From the NCBI GenBank assembly GCA_964016885.1, contig OZ024740.1, positions 135,098,001 through 135,162,000 on the forward strand: a stretch of 64,000 nucleotides of DNA, read 5' to 3'. The notes under the pieces were generated by a model. It was not told the origin of the DNA, made no database searches, and was given only the letters and a program-made list of their open reading frames with translations. Positions 23,787 through 36,784 of this stretch are shown piece by piece; within the stretch, counting starts at the first letter, position 1; the number at the start of each line of letters is the position of its first letter. This stretch comes from Eledone cirrhosa. Taxonomy: Eukaryota. A program made the position numbers and the translations under genes.

Positions 23787-26700
23787 TATCTATGTCTGTC
23801 TATTTCTGTCTTTGTCTATCTCTCTCTGTTTATCTGTTTCTGTCTCTATCTGTTTCTGTCTGTGTATCTCTATCTCTCTCTGTTTATCTGTTTCTGTCTG
23901 TGTATCTCTATCTGTCTCTGTTTTTCTGTCTGTCTCTATCTGTTTCTGTCTCTGTCTGTTTCTGTCTGTGTATCTCTATCTGTCTCTGTTTATCTGTTTC
24001 TGTCTCTCTCTGTTTCTGCCTGTGTATCTCTATCTGTCTCTGTTTTTCTGTCTGTCTCTATCTGTTTCTGTCTGTGTATCTCTATCTGTCTCTGTTTTTC
24101 TGTTTCTGTCTCTATCTGTTTCTGTCTGTGTATCTCTATCTGTCTCTGTTTATCTGTTTCTGTCTGTGTATCTCTATCTCTCTCTGTTTATCTGTTTCTG
24201 TCTCTATCTGTTTCTGTCTGTGTATCTCTATCTCTCTCTGTTTATCTGTTTCTGTCTCTCTCTGTTTCTGTCTGTGTATCTCTATCTCTCTCTGTTTATC
24301 TGTTTCTGTCTCTATCTGTTTCTGTCTGTGTATCTCTATCTGTCTCTGTTTATCTCTGTTTCTGTCTCTATCTGTTTCTGTCTGTGTATCTCTATCTCTC
24401 TCTGTTTATCTCTTTCTGTCTCTATCTGTTTCTGTCTGTGTATCTCTATCTGTCTCTGTTTTTCTGTTTCTGTCTGTGTATCTCTATCTGTCTCTGTTTT
24501 TCTGTTTCTGTCTGTGTATCTCTATCTGTCTCTGTTTTTCTGTCTGTCTCTATCTGTTTCTGTCTCTGTTTTTCTGTTTCTGTCTCTCTCTGTTTCTGTC
24601 TGTGTATCTCTATCTGTCTCTGTTTTTCTGTTTCTGTCTCTATCTGTTTCTGTCTGTGTATCTCTATCTGTCTCTGTTTTTCTGTCTTTCTCTATGTGTT
24701 TCTGTCTGTGAATCTCTATCTGTTTCTGTCTGTGAATCTCTATCTGTCTCTGTTTTTCTGTCTGTCTCTATCTGTTTCTGTCTGTGTATCTCTATCTGTC
24801 TCTGTTTATCTGTTTCTGTCTCTCTCTGTTTCTGTCTGTGTATCTCTATCTGTCTCTGTTTATCTGTTTCTGTCTCTATCTGTTTCTGTCTGTGTATCTC
24901 TATCTCTCTCTGTTTATCTGTTTCTGTCTCTATCTGTTTCTGTCTGTGTATCTTTATCTGTCTCTGTTTATCTGTTTCTGTCTCTCTCTGTTTCTGTCTG
25001 TGTATCTCTATCTGTCTCTGTTTTTCTGTTTCTGTCTCTATCTGTTTCTGTCTGTGTATCTCTATCTGTCTCTGTTTTTCTGTCTTTCTCTATGTGTTTC
25101 TGTCTGTGAATCTCTATCTGTTTCTGTCTGTGAATCTCTATCTGTCTCTGTTTTTCTGTCTGTCTCTATCTGTTTCTGTCTGTGTATCTCTATCTGTCTC
25201 TGTTTATCTGTTTCTGTCTCTCTCTGTTTCTGTCTGTGTATCTCTATCTGTCTCTGTTTATCTGTTTCTGTCTCTATCTGTTTCTGTCTGTGTATCTCTA
25301 TCTCTCTCTGTTTATCTGTTTCTGTCTCTATCTGTTTCTGTCTGTGTATCTTTATCTGTCTCTGTTTATCTGTTTCTGTCTCTCTCTGTTTCTGTCTGTG
25401 TATCTCTATCTGTCTCTGTTTTTCTGTTTCTGTCTCTATCTGTTTCTGTCTGTGTATCTCTATCTCTCTCTGTTTATCTGTTTCTGTCTCTATCTGTTTC
25501 TGTCTGTGTATCTTTATCTGTCTCTGTTTATCTGTTTCTGTCTCTCTCTGTTTCTGTCTGTGTATCTCTATCTGTCTCTGTTTTTCTGTTTCTGTCTCTA
25601 TCTGTTTCTGTCTGTGTATCTCTATCTGTCTCTGTTTATCTGTTTCTGTCTCTATCTGTTTCTGTCTGTGTATCTCTATCTGTCTCTGTTTATCTGTTTC
25701 TGTCTCTATCTGTTTCTGTCTGTGTATCTCTATCTGTCTCTGTTTTTCTGTCTGTCTCTATCTGTTTCTGTCTGTGTATCTCTATCTGTCTCTGTTTTTC
25801 TGTCTGTCTCTATCTGTTTCTGTCTGTGTATCTCTATCTGTCTCTGTTTTTCTGTTTCTGTGTCTATCTGCTTCTGTCTGTGAATCTCTATCTGTCTCTG
25901 TTTTTCTGTTTCTGTCTGTGTATCTCTATCTGTCTCTGTTTTTCTGTTTCTGTCTCTATCTGTTTCTGTCTCTCTATCTGTCTCTGTTTTTCTGTTTCTG
26001 TCTCTGTATCTCTATCTGTCTCTGTTTTTCTGTTTCTATCTGCTTCTGTCTGTGAATCTCTATCTGTCTCTGTTTTTCTGTTTCTGTCTCTCTCTGTTTC
26101 TGTCTGTGTATCTCTATCTGTCTCTGTTTTTCTGTTTCTGTCTCTATCTGTTTCTGTCTCTCTATCTGTCTCTGTTTTTCTGTTTCTGTCTCTATCTGTT
26201 TCTGTCACTGTATCTCTATCTGTCTCTGTTTTTCTGTTTCTGTCTCTATCTGTTTCTGTCTCTCTATCTGTCTCTGTTTTTCTGTTTCTGTCTGTATCTG
26301 TTTCTGTCTGTGTATCTCTATCTGTCTCTGTTTTTCTGTTTCTGTGTCTATCTGCTTCTGTCTGTGAATTTCTATCTGTCTCTGTTTTTCTGTCTGTCTG
26401 TTTTTCTGTTTCTGTCTCTATCTGTTTCCGTCTCTGTATCTCTATCTGTCTCTGTTTTTCTGTTTCTGTCTCTATCTGTTTCTGTCTCTCTATCTGTCTC
26501 TGTTTTTCTGTTTCTGTCTCTATCTGTTTCTGTCTGTGTATCTCTATCTGTCTCTGTTTTTCTGTTTCTGTGTCTATCTGTTTCTGTCTGTTTATCTCTA
26601 TCTGTCTCTGTTTTTCTGTCTGTCTCTATCTGTTTCTGTCTGTCTATCTCTATCTGTCTCTGTTTTTCTGTTTCTGTTTCTCTCTGTTTCTGTCTGTGTA

Positions 26701-29700
26701 TCTCTATCTGTTTCTGTTTTTCTGTTTCTGTCTCTATCTGTTTCTGTCTGTGTATCTCTATCTGTTTCTGTCTCTATCTGTTTCTGTCTGTGTATCTCTA
26801 TCTGTCTCTGTTTTTCTGTCTTTCTCTATCTGTTTCTGTCTGTGTATCGCTATCTGTCTCTGTTTTTCTGTCTCTACCTGTTTCTGTCTGTGTATCTCTT
26901 TCTGTCTCTGTTTATCTGTTTCGGTCTCTATCTTTTTCTGTCTGTGTATTTCTATCTCTCTCTGTTTTTCTGTTTCTGTCTCTATCTGTTTCTGTCTGTG
27001 TATCTCTATCTGTCTCTGTTTTTCTGTTTCTGTCTCTATCTGTTTCTGTCTGTGTATCTCTATCTCTCTCTGTTTATCTGTTTCTGTCTCTATCTGTTTC
27101 TGTCTGTGTATCTTTATCTGTCTCTGTTTATCTGTTTCTGTCTCTCTCTGTTTCTGTCTGTGTATCTCTATCTGTCTCTGTTTTTCTGTTTCTGTCTCTA
27201 TCTGTTTCTGTCTGTGTATCTCTATCTCTCTCTCTGTTTATCTGTTTCTGTCTGTGTATCTTTATCTGTCTCTGTTTATCTGTTTCTGTCTCTCTCTGTT
27301 TCTGTCTGTGTATCTCTATCTGTCTCTGTTTTTCTGTTTCTGTCTCTATCTGTTTCTGTCTGTGTATCTCTATCTCTCTCTGTTTATCTGTTTCTGTCTG
27401 TTTCTGTCTGTGTATCTCTATCTCTCTCTGTTTTTCTGTTTCTCTCTGTTTCTGTCTGTGTATCTCTATCTGTCTCTGTTTATCTGTTTCTGTCTGTATC
27501 TGTTTCTGTCTGTGTATCTCTATCTCTCTCTGTTTTTCTGTTTCTGTCTGTGTATCTCTATCTGTCTCTGTTTTTCTGTCTTTCTCTATCTGTTTCTGTC
27601 TGTTTATCTCTATCTGCCTCTGTTTTTCTGTCTGTCTCTATCTGTTTCTGTCTGTGTATCTCTATCTGTCTCTGTTTTTCTGTCTTTCTCTATCTGTTTC
27701 TGTCTGTGTATCGCTATCTGTCTCTGTTTTTCTGTCTCTACCTGTTTCTGTCTGTGTATCTCTTTCTGTCTCTGTTTATCTGTTTCTGTCTCTATCTGTT
27801 TCTGTCTGTGTATCTCTATCTGTCTCTGTTTATCTGTTTCTGTCTGTGTATCTCTATCTGTCTCTGTTTTTCTGTTTCTGTCTCTATCTGTTTCTGCCTG
27901 TGTATCTCTATCTGTCTCTGTTTATCTGTTTCTGTCTCTATCTGTTTCTGTCTGTGTATCTCTATCTGTCTCTGTTTATCTGTTTCTGTCTCTATCTGTT
28001 TCTGTCTGTGTATCTCTATCTGTCTCTGTTTATCTGTTTCTGTCTGTGTATCTCTATCTGTCTCTGTTTTTCTGTTTCTGTCTGTGTATCTCTATCTGTC
28101 TCTGTTTTTCTGTCTTTCTCTATCTGTTTCTGTCTGTTTATCTCTATCTGTCTCTGTTTTTCTGTCTGTCTCTATCTGTTTCTGTCTGTGTATCTCTATC
28201 TGTCTCTGTTTTTCTGTTTCTGTCTCTATCTGTTTCTGTCTGTGTATCTTTATCTGTCTCTGTTTATCTGTTTCTGTCTCTCTCTGTTTCTGTCTGTGTA
28301 TCTCTATCTGTCTCTGTTTTTCTGTTTCTGTCTCTATCTGTTTCTGTCTGTGTATCTCTATCTCTCTCTGTTTATCTGTTTCTGTCTGTTTCTGTCTGTG
28401 TATCTCTATCTCTCTCTGTTTTTCTGTTTCTCTCTGTTTCTGTCTGTGTATCTCTATCTGTCTCTGTTTATCTGTTTCTGTCTGTATCTGTTTCTGTCTG
28501 TGTATCTCTATCTCTCTCTGTTTTTCTGTTTCTGTCTGTGTATCTCTATCTGTCTCTGTTTTTCTGTCTTTCTCTATCTGTTTCTGTCTGTTTTTCTGTC
28601 TGTCTCTATCTGTTTCTGTCTGTGTATCTCTATCTGTCTCTGTTTTTCTGTCTTTCTCTATCTGTTTCTGTCTGTGTATCGCTATCTGTCTCTGTTTTTC
28701 TGTCTCTACCTGTTTCTGTCTGTGTATCTCTTTCTGTCTCTGTTTATCTGTTTCTGTCTCTATCTGTTTCTGTCTGTGTATCTCTATCTGTCTCTGTTTA
28801 TCTGTTTCTGTCTGTGTATCTCTATCTGTCTCTGTTTTTCTGTTTCTGTCTCTATCTGTTTCTGCCTGTGTATCTCTATCTGTCTCTGTTTATCTGTTTC
28901 TGTCTCTATCTGTTTCTGTCTGTGTATCTCTATCTGTCTCTGTTTATCTGTTTCTGTCTCTATCTGTTTCTGTCTGTGTATCTCTATCTGTCTCTGTTTA
29001 TCTGTTTCTGTCTGTGTATCTCTATCTGTCTCTGTTTTTCTGTTTCTGTCTGTGTATCTCTATCTGTCTCTGTTTATCTGTTTCTGTCTCTATCTGTTTC
29101 TGCCTGTGTATCTCTATCTGTCTCTGTTTATCTGTTTCTGTATCTCTCTGTTTCTGCCTGTGTATCTCTATCTCTCTCTGTTTATCTGTTTCTGTCTCTA
29201 TCTGTTTCTGCCTGTGTATCTCTATCTGTCTCTGTTTATCTGTTTCTGTCTGTGTATCTCTATCTCTCTCTGTTTTTCTGTTTCTGTCTCTCTCTATTTC
29301 TGTCTGTGTATCTCTATCTGTCTCTGTTTTTCTGTTTCTGTCTCTATCTGTTTCTGTCTGTGTATCTCTATCTGTCTCTGTTTTTCTGTCTTTCTCTATC
29401 TGTTTCTTTCTGTGTATCTTTATCTGTCTCTGTTTTTCTGTCTTTCTCTATCTGTTTCTGTCTGTGAATCTCTATCTGTCTCTGTTTATCTGTTTCTGTC
29501 TGTGTATCTCTATCTCTCTCTGTTTATCTGTTTCTGTCTCTATCTGTTTCTGTCTGTGTATCTCTATCTCTCTCTGTTTATCTGTTTCTGTCTCTCTCTG
29601 TTTCTGTCTGTGTATCTCTATCTCTCTCTGTTTATCTGTTTCTGTCTCTATCTGTTTCTGTCTGTGTATCTCTATCTGTCTCTGTTTATCTCTGTTTCTG

Positions 29701-30450
29701 TCTCTATCTGTTTCTGTCTGTGTATCTCTATCTCTCTCTGTTTATCTCTTTCTGTCTCTATCTGTTTCTGTCTGTGTATCTCTATCTGTCTCTGTTTTTC
29801 TGTTTCTGTCTCTATCTGTTTCTGTCTGTGTATCTCTATCTGTCTCTGTTTTTCTGTTTCTGTCTCTATCTGTTTCTGTCTGTGTATCTCTATCTGTCTC
29901 TGTTTTTCTGTCTGTCTCTATCTGTTTCTGTCTCTGTTTTTCTGTTTCTGTCTCTCTCTGTTTCTGTTTGTGTATCTCTATCTGTCTCTGTTTTTCTGTT
30001 TCTGTCTCTATCTGTTTCTGTCTGTGTATCTCTATCTGTCTCTGTTTTTCTGTCTTTCTCTATCTGTTTCTGTCTGTGAATCTCTATCTGTCTCTGTTTT
30101 TCTGTTTCTGTCTCTATCTGTTTCTGTCTGTGTATCTCTATCTGTCTCTGTTTTTCTGTTTCTGTCTCTATCTGTTTCTGTCTGTGTATCTCTATCTGTC
30201 TCTGTTTTTCTGTCTTTCTCTATCTGTTTCTGTCTGTGTATCTCTATCTGTCTCTGTTTTTCTGTTTCTGTGTCTATCTGTTTCTGTCTGTGTATCTCTA
30301 TCTGTCTCTGTTTTTCTGATTCTGTGTCTATCTGCTTCTGTCTGTGTATCTCTATCTGTCTCTGTTTTTCTGTTTCTGTCTCTATCTGTTTCTGTCTGTG
30401 TATCTCTATCTGTCTATGTTTGGTTCTGTCTGTCTCTATCTGTCTGTCTG
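23787..30450. repeat. ~6.7-kb intronic minisatellite, ~54-bp unit built from TCTGTT/TCTGTC/TCTATC/TGTGTA hexamers
   Basis: Unit tctgtttctgtctctatctgtttctgtctgtgtatctctatctgtctctgtt(t/a); source of the 1000-1900 aa artefact ORFs. Confidence 0.97.
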
Positions 30451-30539
30451 GCTCTTTTCTCTGTTTTTAAACTCAATTCAAACCCCAACAGTTCCATCTT
30501 TGTACACCCACTATTAGACAAGGTAGTTATTATTAAGTC

Positions 30540-31040
30540 ACTAGCCGAATTACCTGCGTCTTGCTGTGTTTCACACATTTATTTTGTAAGAAAATGATGA
30601 TTGATTTTAAATCAGTGATATAATTTACGGAGAAAAACTTTGCATTTCAATATTACTCAATGTAAAATGTAATGCATGAAAAATTGGAAAACATTATTTT
30701 TTGTAATATATCAAATCAAAATTACATTATTTTGTTTCTTGTAAATAATTTTTTTCAAAATATCAATTCAAAACTTTTGTGAATAGGCATTATATCTTGT
30801 CATTTACCTATAGTTTAAATTTCATATAAATCGAAGGGAAAACATTTTCAGCAGGGTTTTTTAGCGGAGATTTGTGCCCCCGGGGAACCTTTGATTAAAA
30901 TGAAATATACCTATCCAAGTACCCCAGACAATGTAGTTTCAGAATATATATGGTTATGGGGGTCTATTTCCAAAACCATAAGAGTAGTTCGTGAACAAAC
31001 AAACAAACAGACAGGAATACAACTTTATATTTGCTATGAT
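30540..31040 (+). mobile_element. Possible non-autonomous Helitron/Helentron-like element
   Basis: 5' ACTAGCCGAATTACCTGCGTCTTGCTG; 3' (ACAA)n-ACAGACAG microsatellite then CTTTATATTTGCTATGAT. This layout resembles Lep1/HINE-type elements. Confidence 0.45.
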
Positions 31041-32700
31041 ATAGTAATTGCACTAATGAGAGATAACCTACTTCTACAGCTGCCAGGACATGAAGGAGAA
31101 GCAAACTTTGAAACTAATCTCTTACAATACGAAATAAGATTATTATTCATTGTTGTTGTATGTTGGTAAAACTCTGTTTATAAATTTGTCACTCTATAAA
31201 CCTATATACTGTTATCTATTTATTTATTTTAGTTAGTTAACTACTACTATTTCATTGACAATGTAGTAACTGAATTGATTCAGAATGGATTAAAACATGT
31301 ATGTTACATAATCTGAAATATATTATAATCAATATTAATCATCTAGTACACTCTGTTAAGAGTTAGTCCTGGCTCTATGTTAATATGTATCTTATACAGG
31401 GTAAAGTGGCTGGTGTTAGGAAAGGCATCAAATCATAGAAACCATGCCAAAATTTGACATGACCGGTCTTGCCTCAGTCCGTAACAACTCATGCTGGCAT
31501 GGAAAACAGACGTAAAACATTTATAAATATGAATATTTAATGATACACAATACAAATGATACACAATACAAATTGTCAAGTATAATCTAATGCAAATGAA
31601 CAAATGTCTATTTTATCTCTCCCTGGATAGAAAAATAAGTTTTGTTCTGACACTAATTTTTATAGGAGTTTTCACCAAAGATGAAGCACCTACTTAATCT
31701 GTTACCATTGATCTTTTGTCACACCTGTATGACCTGTTCATATTCTTACAAACAACACTAATTAATAGTATAGGTGCAGGCCTGGTTGTATAATTAAGAG
31801 GTTTGCTTTGCAATTATGTAGTTTTTGGTTTGATCCCATTGTGTAGCACCTTGGGCAAGTATCTTTTATCATAGCCCTGGGCTTGTGAGTGAAATTTGAT
31901 AGACAGAATCTGTACAGAAATCCATCATTATTCATTACATTGTGTGTGTTTGTTTCTACATGTCTTCATATCAATGCTTCGGTAGCAGCTTCACATGTGA
32001 AGACCATTGTAATGAAGTAACTTTAAAAACCCACAAAGAAATATGGGTTGGCATCAGGAATAGCATTCAGTTGTAGAATACTGCCTCAAGATATCTCATC
32101 CAAGCCATGCTAGCATAAAAAAAGCTGATGTAAAGTGATTATGATGATGATTGCTTGCAGTCGGTTTGGTTTTTTAACCCCAAGTTAGTTATAATGAAGC
32201 AAACTTATGATCAAAGGCATTCCAGCATGCCAATTCTGTCTTTTTTCCAGCCATAATTTATTTAAGGTTACATCCAATATATCTTTCTTTATTTAAGATT
32301 GTTGGTTGCTAATTCTAGCCTACAAGGCTAACCCATGCTAATGGGGGAAATGGGCCAAAAAATGCTTGTTGTGAATGTAGGTGTATATTTGTATGTGTAT
32401 ATATACATGTATGTGTGTGCATTTGTGTGTACATACATAAATGCATACATACATACATACATAGAGAGAGAGAAAGAGTATCTTATACAAAATACTCAAT
32501 AGTAGATCCCAGTAGTCCGCTGATCAGGAGAGGGATGGGCTCCATCAGATTTAAAATACCCTTACATCTCCATCATGATTACCTTTTTATATATGAATGT
32601 ATGTAGTAACATGAGTATTCCTGGTATGACTCAGATGTCTCTCTTAGTTTTGAAATATCTATGGAAAGTGACAAAATTTACAGGAGTGTCAAGTGGTCTT

Positions 32701-33032
32701 TCATTTCATTCATTTCATTTTACGTCCGCTTTTTCCCTGCTTGCAAGGGTGGGACAGGAACTGATTCTGGCTTGATTTCTACAGCTGGATGCCCTTTCTA
32801 ACACCAACCTCATTTACAGTGAGTGCTGGGTGCTTTTTTCCGTGGCACCTCCACGACTACTTTGCAGTGGAATGATAGGGACCCCAGTCCCTCTCATCTC
32901 ATTTCTACAGCTGAGTAAACTGGAGCAATGTGAAATAAAGTGTCTTGCTCAAGGAAACAACACATTACTCGGTCTGAGAATTGAACTCACAATCTTTCGA
33001 TTGCAAGGCCAATGCTCTAACCACTAAGCCAT
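32701..33032 (-). mobile_element. Full-length SINE S1
   Basis: Near-identical reverse complement of 2108-2425, but the tail is (TGAAA)n-like rather than (GAT)n. Confidence 0.88.
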
Positions 33033-33157
33033 GAGTTGCTTTTAACTAGATAATTGCTATATGTTTGTTTCTGAAAGTTCAGGCATTCCTTGTGTTGTCA
33101 GTCTATTTTTTTTTTTTAATTTACATTTTCTAAAATATATCAAATTTAATTTTCCAG

Positions 33158-33586
33158 GAAACTCTCCACATGGTTCCATCTCCTCTGTCAGCATTCCTGA
33201 TATAAAACAGCTGAGAGAATTCCATGGAGATGAATGGTTATTATACTATGAGAATATACGGCAAGACAGAGAATGTATGATGACACATTCAGCGCCTGCA
33301 TCCCGAAAAGTCTCCCCTCAACAGCAAGAACCCCCCAAATCATTGCCAAAACCTGACTACATTTCTGATAATTCTATTGATGAAGGTCCTTATCTTGGTT
33401 ATATGTCTTCCAAGGAAAAATCGTTTGTGGACTCTGATACAGAACAGTCAGATGAAGTTTCTATCATTACTCCTCCGAGTGAAGAAAATGACAATGTGAA
33501 GGATTATACTGATAGTGATGATTTCAAAGAGGATGTTGTAGATTTCAAAGATGAAATTATAGATTTCAAAAATGAAAATCATTTTG
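33158..33586 (+). CDS. STK11IP: STK11IP-like exon E (acidic/Ser-rich linker), phase 1 to 1
   Basis: tttccag|GA...TTTG|gtagg. Reads GNSPHGSISSVSIPDIKQLREFHGDEWLLYYE...DFKNENHF; the LRExxGxxWL motif is like STK11IP. Confidence 0.8.
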
Positions 33587-33814
33587 GTAGGTTTTGCTTT
33601 TCATTCTTCTTTTGTTTGCTTATTTTTTATGCTGTCAGTATTTTCTACTATAACTTCAGGTTGACCAATGCTTTATAAGTGAATTTGGTCGACAGAAACT
33701 GAAAAAGCATTTCATATATATATGTGTGTATGCATGTGTCTTCATATCACCACTGTTTAAAGTATGCTCTGTCTACTTTAAACAGTATGTCTCAGCTAAG
33801 TATGGGTTGACATT

Positions 33815-33975
33815 CTACCTCAAAAAGTGTTGTGCAACCCATGTCAGCATGGAAAAACAAACCTCAAAAGGTTTTGTGCAACCCATGTCAACATGGGAAA
33901 ACTACTTCAAAAGGTTTTGTGCAAACCATGTCAGCAGGGAAAAACTACCTCAAAAGGTTTTGTGCAACCCATGTA
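33815..33975 (+). repeat. ~43-bp tandem repeat, ~4 copies, derived from an RTE/SINE tail
   Basis: acctcaaaaggttttgtgcaacccatgtcagcatggaaaa repeated, then an atgatg tail. Confidence 0.75.
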
Positions 33976-34505
33976 AAAACAACAATGATGAGGATGATGA
34001 CCATTTTAGTCAATTCTTTAAAATTGCTGGGATATGGAGTACCTATTCTTAAAAGCAAAAATCGAGATCATCAGTTTTATATCTACAATTCCATGCTTGC
34101 ATGGGTTGGATGAATCTTCTCCAGCACAACTTTTCTCCATTTGCTGCATTCTTCTCATCATATCTGTCCAGGTTTTTCTCAGTCTTTTTCTGCAGCTAAG
34201 CTTCCACTTGGAATTCCTGGTACTTCTTCACCAAGCTATCATTGTCTGTATGCAACACATATCCATACCTGCACAATTTTCTCTTTGCACACTGCATCTG
34301 ATTCCTTTTAAATCCATTTTTTCCTTCAGTTTTTCATATAAATATAAATATATGATGATGGTCTGCAACAAATGGTGAGTTGCTGTTCTCAAGAAACCCA
34401 TCCAAACCCATGCTAGCATGGAAAAACAAACCTGAAATGAAGATGATGATAATGGCATAATGCACATATGTAATACTTTTAATTTATACCATTCTCAATT
34501 TGTAG

Positions 34506-34759
34506 GTATGGAAGCAGAACCGTGGATTGTCAAATTGGGTTCTAATGAAGATAGTGAAATCTTTTTGTCAGCAAATGAACGTTTTCTCATTGAAAAAGAT
34601 ATGTATGGCCAATTGCTTGATCGCTTGGACATGAAGTGTTTGTGGTTTATGTCTGTTTTGAAGAGCGACACGGAATATGTGGTTGACCTGAAATTTGACT
34701 ACATCAAATCAAACCGCAGGGAACGAACTTACATCATGTCTAGCAAAGAAGAATCAGAG
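34506..34759 (+). CDS. STK11IP: STK11IP-like exon F (PH-like segment), phase 1 to 0
   Basis: tttgtag|GT...GAG|gtaat. Reads MEAEPWIVKLG...FLIEKDMYGQLLDRLDMKCL...VDLKFDYIKSNRRERTYIMSSKEESE, comparable to recalled STK11IP LRFSYICPDRQLRRYLV. Confidence 0.85.
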
Positions 34760-35039
34760 GTAATGAACTGATTAATGAATAATGTTTCCTCCTCCTACTA
34801 TTCCTCCTATTTCTTGAGAAATTTGTGAGAGAAGAGTCCTCAAACATTCATTCCAGCGGGACTTGACAGAAGCAACCATCTCCAATTGATCTGGCTAGAT
34901 TCCCAAGCAAGACTAGCTAAGCTCATGGATGTTCTCCAGTCATCTTGCTCGGGTGTCTACTCCTGGGTCCCCTACCAGCTAGTTTTGTCCATTATATCTG
35001 TACATTGACATTATTTATATATAAAAAAAAAAACGATAT

Positions 35040-35480
35040 GCATCGGAAAGAAAAATAAACAAATACCGAGAATTGTCCAGCCACTTCCTCTTTGTACCGG
35101 TCACCATCGAGACCTCAAACATACTTGGACCCCATACTGTCAAGCTTCTCCACAAGATCGGAACATCGGCAGCCTGTCTGAGGAAGGACCCTCATGAGGT
35201 GGGGTGGCTGTTGCAGCGGGTATCGCTGGCCGTTGTCTGCGGGAATGCTTTTGCGGTCTTGTCCGCAGGGCACAGCCCCATTACCGCCATGCCCTAGGCC
35301 CATGACCCAATCACCCACTCCTCTCCATTCTTCTTTGACACTAGAGTCTTTGCCATTCCTTCCTTTTTCCGGTTTTTTTTCTTTATATTTTCCTATTTTT
35401 CATTTCATTCTTTCTTCTCAATCTAAATTTTCTTTTTTTCTTTTACTAATAAACTGTATTTACATGATATATTCCATAAA
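35040..35480 (+). mobile_element. 3' fragment of an RLE-endonuclease non-LTR element (CRE-like)
   Basis: ASERKINKYRELSSHFLFVPVTIETSNILGP...WLLQRVSLAVVCGNAFAVL (E..K..KY, P...ET, QR.S.A...GNA motifs), followed by a T-rich 3' UTR with AATAAA. Confidence 0.75.
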
Positions 35481-35629
35481 TGATGTTTATTTTAAATTGG
35501 GAATCACTTGTTCAGATTGCTTTGCAACAGAGTGAGCTCCACTAAAAACATTTAAGAACCAGTTGATGATGTTAAACCAAGTGATGGACTACCCACATCT
35601 AAGTAGGCATATTCATTACACAAAAAGTC

Positions 35630-35905
35630 TGAACAAACATACAAACAAAACAAATATAGAACTGTTAAAAAATAACAAAACAGATATAGAACTGTTAAAA
35701 AACAAGCAAAACAGATATAAAACTGTTAAAAACGAGCAAAACAGATATAGTATTGTTTTTAAAAAAAAACATAAAACAGATATGTAACTGTTAAAAACAA
35801 ATAAAACAGATAAGGAACTGTTACAAACAAAGCATGTAGAATTGTTAAAAATCAAACAAAACTGATATAGAACCGTAAAAAAAAAACATATAAAACTGTT
35901 AAAAA
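35630..35905 (+). repeat. ~28-30 bp tandem repeat, ~9 copies
   Basis: aacaaaacagatatagaactgttaaaaa units. Confidence 0.85.
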
Positions 35906-36027
35906 ATAATGTAGATATGATAACTTAAATAGACATGTTGATGATTTATATTTTGTGAAAGTTCTGTGAACTTTGGCTACAGAAAACTTAAATGATGTTT
36001 TAAATTTCACCATATTTTATATTTTAG

Positions 36028-36105
36028 GAACTTAATCTTCGTTTGCAACCTTACTTAGAGGCTCAAGCTGCAAAAGCTAATGTCAAGCAGTTTTTATATT
36101 TTTTG
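36028..36105 (+). CDS. STK11IP: STK11IP-like exon G, phase 0 to 0
   Basis: attttag|GAA...TTG|gtaagt. Reads ELNLRLQPYLEAQAAKANVKQFLYFL. Confidence 0.75.
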
Positions 36106-36729
36106 GTAAGTAAAGAAAATATGTATTATTATCATCAATACTGGATAATAGACAAATACTGGATTTATGGCATATTTATTTACCCATAATTGTGTATATG
36201 TTTTAAATTTTGTTTTTACTGTTTTTGTCATGAAACTGGTGGCAGGTATATTCAACCCAGACACCTGCTCCAAATCCTTATGACTGATTGGATTCTGCTA
36301 AAGTCATCCAAGGGCCAAGTATTGATGTTAAACTAGACATTGATTGTGTCTACTACCATCAGAGGATACAACAGGATTTGATATCAGAATACCATATATG
36401 TCCTCCAATGTTCTTACGATTCTGTCAATCTTATGCTTGGTAGTGGTATCATATTTTATCAATCCCAGAAGCATGAAAGGCAAAATTAAATTAACCTTGG
36501 TGGGATTTGAACTCAGATCATTGAGAGCCATATCAATTACTGTAAGGTATTTTATACTACATTCTAGTGACTTTGCCAATCCATCAATCAAACAGCAATA
36601 AAAAAAAAAATTGTTAATATTTGTGACAATGTTTATATTGTTTAATAATATACAGGTATTATGGTTGGTTGGAATTATTTGATTTTTTTATTATGTAAAT
36701 GTCAATTGATTTATTATTTACTTTTCAAG

Positions 36730-36784
36730 TGTCTGAAATGTTCACATGAATTCTCAAAAGAAATTGGTTCAACGAAAAATAAAG
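36730..36784 (+). CDS. STK11IP: STK11IP-like exon H (first CxxC), phase 0 to 1
   Basis: cttttcaag|TGT...AAAG|gttag. Reads CLKCSHEFSKEIGSTKNK, matching recalled CLRCGHEF. The acceptor is the weaker AAG type. Confidence 0.75.

Noticed and set aside
23729-30597. ORFs of 1353-1912 aa rich in L/S/V/C/F
   Set aside because: They are translations of a nearly stop-free (TN)n satellite, open in all three plus frames, inside an intron.
36096-36729. Minor-class AT-AC intron or frameshift before CLKC
   Set aside because: An AT-AC join is out of frame, whereas the GT-AG model gives YFL|CLKC and keeps phase with the next exon.
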